DNA of 64,000 nucleotides from Myxococcota bacterium (lineage in GTDB: Bacteria; Myxococcota_A; UBA9160; JAFDDA01): assembly GCA_965228475.1 (NCBI GenBank), contig OZ245817.1, forward strand, positions 3,712,001 to 3,776,000. Reading direction: 5' to 3'. Position numbers and translations under genes: made by a program. The notes under the pieces are model-generated. The model was not told the origin of the DNA. It saw only the letters and a program-made list of their open reading frames with translations, and searched no databases. Below, in pieces: positions 55,967 to 64,000 of the stretch (its first letter is position 1; the number at the start of each line of letters is the position of its first letter).

Positions 55967-57711
55967 ACCAGGCGCGCGAGGGAACCAGCGAACCGGCCGA
56001 TTGCACCATCATGATGGTCGACGACGAGTCGACCACGCTCGACGTGATCGAGGCCTTCCTCCAGGGCGAGGGCTACGAGCGGTTCGTGATCGTCGAAGAC
56101 TCGCGCGAGGCCATGGACCAGGCCGAGCGGAACCTGCCGGACGTCATCCTCCTCGACCTGATGATGCCCCACGTCGGCGGGCTCGAGATCCTCGAGCAGC
56201 TCCGCGCGCACCCGAGGCTGAAGCGCACGCCGGTGCTGATCCTCACTTCGGCCACGGACCCCGAGACGAAGCTCAAGGCCCTCGAGCTCGGCGTGAACGA
56301 CTTCCTCGCCAAGCCGGTGGACGCGAGCGAGCTCGCCCTCCGGCTCCGCAACACGCTGACCGTGAAGGCACACCAGGACCGGCTGACCTACTACGACGGC
56401 CTGACGGGGCTTCCCAACCGCCTGCGCTTCACCGAGTGGCTCGACGAGTTCCTCGCCGGGCGGGCCGAGTCCGATGCGAACGCCGCCGTCTTCCACCTGC
56501 GGCTCGGCCGACTCCAGGAGATCTCCGACGCCTTCGGCCGCCCGGCGAGCCACGAGGCCCTGCGCATCGTCGCCGACCGCCTCCACGCGAGCCTCCAGCC
56601 GGGCGAGATCATGGGGAACCCCAACGCCCCCGAGCTACAGATCCTCTGCCAGGCGGGAGAAGGCGAGTTCCTGATCCTCCTCGAGGAAGCGGGCGACCCG
56701 GAGCGCGCCGCGCGCATCGCACGCCACGTCCTCGACCAGCTCAAGATCCCGGTCAACATCGGCGGCGAGGAGCTCATGGTGACGGGGCACCTGGGTGTCA
56801 CGCTCATCCCCGACGACGGCGAAGACGCCGAGACGCTGCTCGACAACGCGAGCCTCGCGCTCTCGCACGCCCAGGGCCTCGGCGGTTCGGGCTTCCAGTT
56901 CCACGACGAGACCCTGAACGCCGAGACCCGCGAGCGGCTCCACCTCGAGAGCCTCCTGCGCGGCGCCGTCGAGCGCGAAGAGGTCCACCTGCACTACCAG
57001 CCGAAGGTCGACGTCGAGAGCGGGCGGGTGGTCGGCGCCGAAGCGCTCATGCGCTGGCACAGCCCCGTGCTCGGCCAGGTCCCGCCCGACCGCTTCATCC
57101 CCGTCGCGGAGGAGTCGGACCTCATCGTGCGCCTCGGCTCCTGGGCCATTCGCACCGTCTGCTGGCAGATCCGCACCTGGCTCGATGCCGGCCTCCCGCC
57201 GATCTGCGTCGCGGTGAACGTCTCGAGCAAACAGTTCCGCACGGGCGACCTCGCGAGCGTCGTGCGCTCGTCGCTCGAAGACTTCCGTCTCGAAGGCCGG
57301 CACCTGGTGATCGAGCTGACCGAGAGCATGATCATGGAAGACCCCGCGGAGACCGCGCGCATCCTCGATGGCCTGAAGGCGCTCGGCGTCGCGATCTCCC
57401 TCGACGACTTCGGCACCGGGTACTCCTCGCTCAGCAACCTGAAGCGCTTCCCGATCACCGAGCTCAAGATCGACCGCTCCTTCGTGAAGGGCGTGCCCGA
57501 CGATTCGGACGACGCCGCCATCACCGCCGCGGTGATCGCGATGGGGCACGCGCTCGGGATGCGGCTCGTCGCCGAGGGCGTCGAGACCGAGGCCCAGGTC
57601 GACTTCCTGCGTGAGCGCGGCTGCGAGATCTACCAGGGATTCCTCTGCAGCCGGCCCCTGGCGGCCACGGACTGGCCGATGCTGCTCAGTCAGCTCGGCA
57701 CCGAAGACTGA
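55960..57711 (+). CDS. REC-GGDEF(degenerate)-EAL protein, probable c-di-GMP phosphodiesterase
   Basis: LLDLMMP; DGLTGLPNR but GEGEF; EAL, VNVS, ELTE, DDFGTGYSS, KIDRSF, EGVET, QG intact. Confidence 0.9.
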   Translation: MLNQAREGTSEPADCTIMMVDDESTTLDVIEAFLQGEGYERFVIVEDSREAMDQAERNLPDVILLDLMMPHVGGLEILEQLRAHPRLKRTPVLILTSATDPETKLKALELGVNDFLAKPVDASELALRLRNTLTVKAHQDRLTYYDGLTGLPNRLRFTEWLDEFLAGRAESDANAAVFHLRLGRLQEISDAFGRPASHEALRIVADRLHASLQPGEIMGNPNAPELQILCQAGEGEFLILLEEAGDPERAARIARHVLDQLKIPVNIGGEELMVTGHLGVTLIPDDGEDAETLLDNASLALSHAQGLGGSGFQFHDETLNAETRERLHLESLLRGAVEREEVHLHYQPKVDVESGRVVGAEALMRWHSPVLGQVPPDRFIPVAEESDLIVRLGSWAIRTVCWQIRTWLDAGLPPICVAVNVSSKQFRTGDLASVVRSSLEDFRLEGRHLVIELTESMIMEDPAETARILDGLKALGVAISLDDFGTGYSSLSNLKRFPITELKIDRSFVKGVPDDSDDAAITAAVIAMGHALGMRLVAEGVETEAQVDFLRERGCEIYQGFLCSRPLAATDWPMLLSQLGTED

Positions 57712-57902
57712 GCTCGCCGGCGCGACTTGGCCCTCCAGGCCGAGACTTCGACTCGAAATCCCCTCGGGGATCATCAACTTCCACGAAATAACCGAGTTTT
57801 TGCCGATTTCCCCAAGGGGATACTGGACTTTTCGGCTTGATCGGACGATTCTGCTCGAACGAACTCCCGGAGTACCGGGGGTCGCACCGAGCCGAGGAAG
57901 CC

Positions 57903-59630
<1,728 letters not shown>

Positions 59631-59632
59631 TC

Positions 59633-60166
59633 ATGAGCGCGCAGCCGATCCTGCACGACGACAAAGAAGAGATTCGCAGGCACCTCCACACGATCTCGCT
59701 GTTCGTGAACGACAAGCCCGGCGTGCTGGTGCGCGTGGCCCTGGTCTTCTCGCGGCGGGGCTACAACATCGAGAGCCTGGTCGTGAGCCCCTCGGCCCAG
59801 GGCGGGTTCTCGCGCATGACGATCACCTGCTCGGGCGCGCCGGACACGCTCGAGCAGATCATCAAGCAGCTCGCGAAGCTCGTGGACGTGGTCCACGCGA
59901 TCGACCACACGGACGGCAAGTCCTACGAGACCGAGATCGCCCTGGTGAAGATCGCGGCCGCCCTCGACCAGCGGACCCAGATCCTGCAGATCGCCGAGCA
60001 CTACGACTCCAAGGTCGTCGACTACGGCGCGGACTCGCTGATGCTCCGGATCTTCGGCTCGAGCGACAAGCTCGACGCCGCGATCGCCCTGCTCCGCCCC
60101 TTCGGCATCGTGGAGCTCGTGCGGTCCGGGAAGATCCTCATGGCCCGGGGCGCCGAGACCACCTAG
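59633..60166 (+). CDS. ilvN: Acetolactate synthase small (regulatory) subunit
   Basis: DKPGVLVRV..FSRRGYNIESL, EQIIKQL.KLVDV, ELVRSG. Confidence 0.95.
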   Translation: MSAQPILHDDKEEIRRHLHTISLFVNDKPGVLVRVALVFSRRGYNIESLVVSPSAQGGFSRMTITCSGAPDTLEQIIKQLAKLVDVVHAIDHTDGKSYETEIALVKIAAALDQRTQILQIAEHYDSKVVDYGADSLMLRIFGSSDKLDAAIALLRPFGIVELVRSGKILMARGAETT

Positions 60167-60197
60167 CCGCGCCTGCCGCGCCCGGGAACGGCCCGGC

Positions 60198-60225
60198 TCA
60201 AGGGCCCCGGCTCGACTGCCGATCC
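60198..60225 (+). promoter_or_regulatory. Putative sigma28-type promoter
   Basis: TCAAG-N15-GCCGATCC ending 7 nt before the ATG at 60233, suggesting a leaderless transcript. Confidence 0.6.
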
Positions 60226-60232
60226 GTTGCGC

Positions 60233-60982
60233 ATGGGAATCCGTGCGAGCAACACCGAGGCCTGCGACTTCCCGCCCACCCGCTGCACGCGGAGCTACCT
60301 CGTGGCCTCGAGCCCGGGCAGCGAAAGCCCCCTCCTGTGCCGCGCCCTCTGGGAGACCGGCGCCGCGGGCGCCCCGAAGGCGTACTTCGACCCGATCGAG
60401 ATGGAGGAGCTGACGGCCCGCTTCGCCTCGACCTCCGTGCGCGACTACACCCTTCGCCTGCTGCGGCTGCGAACGAGCTCGAACGGGGCCTTCGGACTGG
60501 ACATCGACTACGGCACCTTCCGCGATCAGATCCTCGAGCAGGACCTGCTCGGCCTCCTGCCCCGCCTGCGCTTCCTGAAGATCGACCGCGACGACCGGCT
60601 CGGCCAGGCGATCGCCTTCGTCCGGGGCCAGCGGGCCGGTTCGCGGGAGAGCGCCAAGGCCGGGGGCGAAGCGCGCTTCGATGCGGGCCGGATCTCGACC
60701 GCGCTCCAGAGGATCCACGGCGAGGAAGCGGCCTGGGAGCGGTTCTTCTCGCGGGAAGGCATCGAACCGTTCCGGGTCCGGCACGAAGCGCTCGACGAGG
60801 ACTACGCAGGAACGGTCCAGCGCGTCGTCGACTTCCTCGGCGTCACTCCGAAGCGTCCGCTTCCACCCGTGGCCGCAGCGCGGCGAGATCCCCGCGCCGA
60901 GGAGTGGCGGCGCCGCTACCTCGAAGCGACCCGCAGCCGGTGCCGCGGCCTCGCAGTCGGAGCGAGCGGCAGCGCGCCCTAG
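60233..60982 (+). CDS. Stf0-family sulfotransferase-like protein with degenerate PAPS loop
   Basis: LLC.AL..TG.AG.P..YF, NGAFG, R.D.L.QAI, W..FF...GI.P..V.HE.L; the expected PRSGST loop reads PGSESP. Confidence 0.7.
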   Translation: MGIRASNTEACDFPPTRCTRSYLVASSPGSESPLLCRALWETGAAGAPKAYFDPIEMEELTARFASTSVRDYTLRLLRLRTSSNGAFGLDIDYGTFRDQILEQDLLGLLPRLRFLKIDRDDRLGQAIAFVRGQRAGSRESAKAGGEARFDAGRISTALQRIHGEEAAWERFFSREGIEPFRVRHEALDEDYAGTVQRVVDFLGVTPKRPLPPVAAARRDPRAEEWRRRYLEATRSRCRGLAVGASGSAP

Positions 60983-61042
60983 CGCGCCGCACCCGCCCTC
61001 GGGCTTCCACTCCCCCGGGGCCCCGATTCATCCGGTCTTTCC

Positions 61043-61070
61043 TTTAGTTGCGGACCGTCCCTGCCGATGC
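61043..61070 (+). promoter_or_regulatory. Putative sigma28-type promoter
   Basis: TTTAG-N15-GCCGATGC, followed by GGAGG and the ATG at 61092. Confidence 0.55.
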
Positions 61071-61091
61071 GTGAAGCGGAGGTGCGTACCC

Positions 61092-63020
61092 ATGAAGGTT
61101 CGCCAGGAACCCCTCGCGGCCGGCCCGGAGCCGGTCCGCCTGACCCCCGAGCACGACTACCGCGTGCGCCGGCTTCCGCTCGCCTGGTACGTCGAGCGCA
61201 TCCGGCGCCGCGACTACTTCTCGTACACGAAGATCAACCACCGCTTCTGGGAGCTCGAGGCGGAGCTCCACCGCAACCCGCCCGGGCGAAGCCCCGAGGC
61301 GCGCGCTGCCGCCGATCATGCCCTGGGCCGGGTCGCCTACCTCGAGACGGGCTTCCGCGAAGAACTCCTCGCCGACCTCGGAACGCTCCCCCTCGAAGAC
61401 CCGAGCCTGGTCTTCGCGACCAGCCACGAGGGCTACCCCGGCTCGTGCCGCCTGGAGGGCGCGACGCCGGACCCGGCCGCCATCTTCGCCGTCATGAATC
61501 GCCTCCTGCCGCGTGGGCTGGTTCCGCACGACGGCATGCTCTTCAAGCGCGCCACGATCTCGGGCGAGATTCTCGCCTTCTACCGCGCGCTCCGGGATCT
61601 GCCGCTGCTCGTGGTGGGGCCCGAGTGGCTCTCGGCCCTCGCCGGGCGCTTCGATCTGCCGAACGCGACCCACCTGGCCATTCCGAGCCGCGAGGCCCGC
61701 GCGGAACGCTGGGAACTGCTCGAGCGGATTGCCGCGGCACGCGAGGCCATCGGTGCGGAAACCCCGGCCGCCGTGATCTTCGAAGCCGGCACGCTCGCAC
61801 CGTGGCTGATCCGCCGGCTGCACGGCCGGGTGGACCACACGTTCTTGATCGACGTCGGCCGGCCGCTCGACGTCTGCCGCCCGGCCATCGTCTTCCGTCA
61901 CAACTGGGCGCGCGTCTTCCGGCGCGAGCTGGCCGAGAACCTCGGCGTGATCGACCCGCGCGTCCGCGACTCCCGCTCGTACTTCGCGGGGGGTTCCAAC
62001 GCGAGCGCAGCGTCGAAGATCTCCTCCAGCGCGAAGCCGTCGGAGATCGAGCGCTTCGAGCGTGAGGGCGCCGAGCTCCTCGAGCTCCCGGACGAGACGC
62101 GCCTCGTCGCCACGGCCTCGGGCCCGGCGGCGCTCCGCACCCTGACCCGGCTCGAGACCCTCCGGACGGGAAAGCCGCTGCGTTGGGTGGCTCCGGCCTG
62201 GATGGACTCGAAGGCAGCCACCGTCAGCGCGATCGCGCGGGCTCGTCGGCTCGATACGGACGCCCGCGGCCTGCTCGACGCCCGCGCCCTCGCCGGGCTC
62301 GACCCGAACGCCTGGCACGGCGCCATCGTGTCGGACCCCTTTGGCCTCGCCGAAAGCTTCGAACCCGTCGCCCGGGTCTGCCGCCGCTTCGGCAAGAGTC
62401 TCGTGGTCGAGGGCTTCGCCGCCTTCGACGCGATCCGCAGGCGCCGCACCGGTCGGCTCCCGGAAGCACTGTGTCTCGATGTGGAACGTCCCTGGGGCGC
62501 CGCCGCACTGGGCCTCATGGCGGTCTCCCTCGAAGACGAAGCGAGCGCCCGGGAGCTCGTCGCCGGCGGCGGAAACGCCACGCCGTGCCCCGCCTCGGAG
62601 GCAGCCGTCCTCGCCGTTCGTGAGCGCCTCCTCGACCTGACCCAGGAAGGCACGCGACGGCACCTGCAGTACAAGCGGCTCGCCGGCTTCGCCGCCGAAC
62701 TCGGCTGGACCGTGCTCGGCCCGCACTCGACCCTCGAACGCTGCGCCACGCCGAGCGCCATCCCGCTGCTCGCGCCGGGCCCGCTCGACCCCGGCGCCTT
62801 CCGCATGGGACGCCTCGGCCTTCAGCCGGCCGCGCCCGCTCCCGGCCGGGGCGGCAGCGTCGCCGACTCGCTCCACGCTCGGCTCCTGCGCGTGCCCTGC
62901 GACGCGCGCCTCGAGCAGTTCTCGAACGACGAGATCCGCGCCGAGCTCCGCGCCGCCCTGCCCCGCGTCCGGACCATCCCGCGCGTCCGCGCGGTGTCCG
63001 CCGCGCGAGCCGGACTGTGA
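61092..63020 (+). CDS. Two-domain protein: unknown N-terminal domain (possibly GT-D-like) + degenerate DegT/DnrJ aminotransferase-like domain
   Basis: GGAGG RBS; N-half FSYTKINH..LVVGP..LIDVG..LD; C-half ERFE..VATASG.AAL, DTD..GLLD, PFG, ERPWG, LRVPC. Confidence 0.6.
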   Translation: MKVRQEPLAAGPEPVRLTPEHDYRVRRLPLAWYVERIRRRDYFSYTKINHRFWELEAELHRNPPGRSPEARAAADHALGRVAYLETGFREELLADLGTLPLEDPSLVFATSHEGYPGSCRLEGATPDPAAIFAVMNRLLPRGLVPHDGMLFKRATISGEILAFYRALRDLPLLVVGPEWLSALAGRFDLPNATHLAIPSREARAERWELLERIAAAREAIGAETPAAVIFEAGTLAPWLIRRLHGRVDHTFLIDVGRPLDVCRPAIVFRHNWARVFRRELAENLGVIDPRVRDSRSYFAGGSNASAASKISSSAKPSEIERFEREGAELLELPDETRLVATASGPAALRTLTRLETLRTGKPLRWVAPAWMDSKAATVSAIARARRLDTDARGLLDARALAGLDPNAWHGAIVSDPFGLAESFEPVARVCRRFGKSLVVEGFAAFDAIRRRRTGRLPEALCLDVERPWGAAALGLMAVSLEDEASARELVAGGGNATPCPASEAAVLAVRERLLDLTQEGTRRHLQYKRLAGFAAELGWTVLGPHSTLERCATPSAIPLLAPGPLDPGAFRMGRLGLQPAAPAPGRGGSVADSLHARLLRVPCDARLEQFSNDEIRAELRAALPRVRTIPRVRAVSAARAGL

Positions 63021-64000
63021 CGAGCCCCGCCCATCCGCTCCCGCCCGCAACGCCCGTCGGCGCCCGGGCGCCTTCCCGGCGGAGCGCGGATTTCGAACGC
63101 AACCCGGCCCTCGATGCAGCCCTCGCCGAGCTGAACGGGCTCCTGGCCGAAACGCGAGGCCAAACCCTCGAGCGCCATCGCATGCCGCGCCACCCGGTCG
63201 TCCTGCTCGTCGGCTGTCCGCGCTCGGGGACCACGCTCTTCACGCAATGGCTCGCGCGTTCGGGCCGGTTCGCCTACCCGACGAACCTGATGGCCCGCTT
63301 CTACGAAGCGCCGGCCGTCGGCGCGTGGGTCCAGCGCATCCTGACCGACCCGGCCCTCCGTTTCCGCGACGAGTTCGACGACGTCGGAAGCGCCTTCGGC
63401 CAGGAGCCCTTCCGCTCGAACCTCGGCAAGACGCGGGGCGTCCTCGCACCGAACGTGTTCTGGCACTTCTGGCGGCGCTTCTTCCCGGAGGGCCCGACCC
63501 ACGCGCTCTCCGAGGATGCGCTCGCGCAGGTCGACGGGAAGGGCTTCGCGGCGGAGCTCGCCGCGATCGAGTCGGTCTTCGAGCGTCCGGTCTCGATGAA
63601 GGCCATGTGGATCGACTGGAACATCCCCTTCGTCTCCTCCCTGCTCGAACGGGTGGTGTTCGTGAACCTCGTCCGCTCGCCCTTCTACGCCGTTCAGTCG
63701 GTGATCGAAGCCCGCGAACGCTTCTGCGGCGATCGCGCGGGGTGGTGGTCCTTCCGGCCGCCCGACTACGACGCCCTGCGCGCGCTCGACCCGATCCGCC
63801 AGGTCGTGGGCCAGATCGCGAGCATCCGCGGCGGCGTCGCGGAGGGGCTCGCTTCCCTTCCGCCCGAACGCGTGCTCGAGCTCGATTACGAGGTGTTCTG
63901 CGCCGACCCGCGCGCCGCCTGGCAGGGCCTCGCGGACCGCATGGGCCGGCAGGGCTTCGAGCTGGACACGTACGCCGGCCCCGAACGCTTCGAACATCGG
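63017..64000 (+). CDS. Sulfotransferase family protein (3' end beyond the window)
   Basis: Not in the ORF track; GTGA overlap start; my translation gives VVLLVGCPRSGTTL..YPTNLMARFY..RSP...VQS..LDYE. Confidence 0.8.
   Translation, partial: MTSPAHPLPPATPVGARAPSRRSADFERNPALDAALAELNGLLAETRGQTLERHRMPRHPVVLLVGCPRSGTTLFTQWLARSGRFAYPTNLMARFYEAPAVGAWVQRILTDPALRFRDEFDDVGSAFGQEPFRSNLGKTRGVLAPNVFWHFWRRFFPEGPTHALSEDALAQVDGKGFAAELAAIESVFERPVSMKAMWIDWNIPFVSSLLERVVFVNLVRSPFYAVQSVIEARERFCGDRAGWWSFRPPDYDALRALDPIRQVVGQIASIRGGVAEGLASLPPERVLELDYEVFCADPRAAWQGLADRMGRQGFELDTYAGPERFEHR

Noticed and set aside
57782..57809. GCCGATTT upstream of ilvB as another sigma28-like promoter
   Set aside because: No TCAAG/TTTAG box at the 15-16 nt spacing

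Overview
Very GC-rich, gene-dense bacterial chromosome segment with no rRNA, tRNA, CRISPR array or mobile element that I can recognise. The first 35 kb holds housekeeping and metabolic genes: tesB, rmuC, typA, a C-terminal protease, ahcY-metH, gluQ, hemF, a Cu-ATPase with a CsoR-type operator, two TetR modules, and an orphan short flagellin with a sigma54 promoter. The main feature is a divergent locus at 35.9-57.7 kb. Leftward is a four-gene export-like operon with no ABC transporter: GAF-like/HlyD, PqqD(RRE)-like/M50 peptidase/HlyD fusion, a truncated SecA-like ATPase and a membrane fusion protein. Rightward is a 2654-aa repeat protein (LEPRxLL leader, DUF4347-like, Ig/cadherin-like repeats, LamG, C-terminal hydrophobic motif). 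It is followed directly by a hybrid kinase with three tandem Hpt domains, two REC-Hpt proteins and a REC-GGDEF(degenerate)-EAL protein. A recurring T(C/T)(A/T)AG-N15/16-(G/C)CCGA motif resembling a sigma28/FliA promoter precedes both arms of this locus, a REC-Hpt gene inside it, a PilZ gene and two apparently degenerate surface-modification genes. The window ends with ilvBN and sulfotransferase-family genes. All domain calls come from reading motifs by eye; no searches were run.
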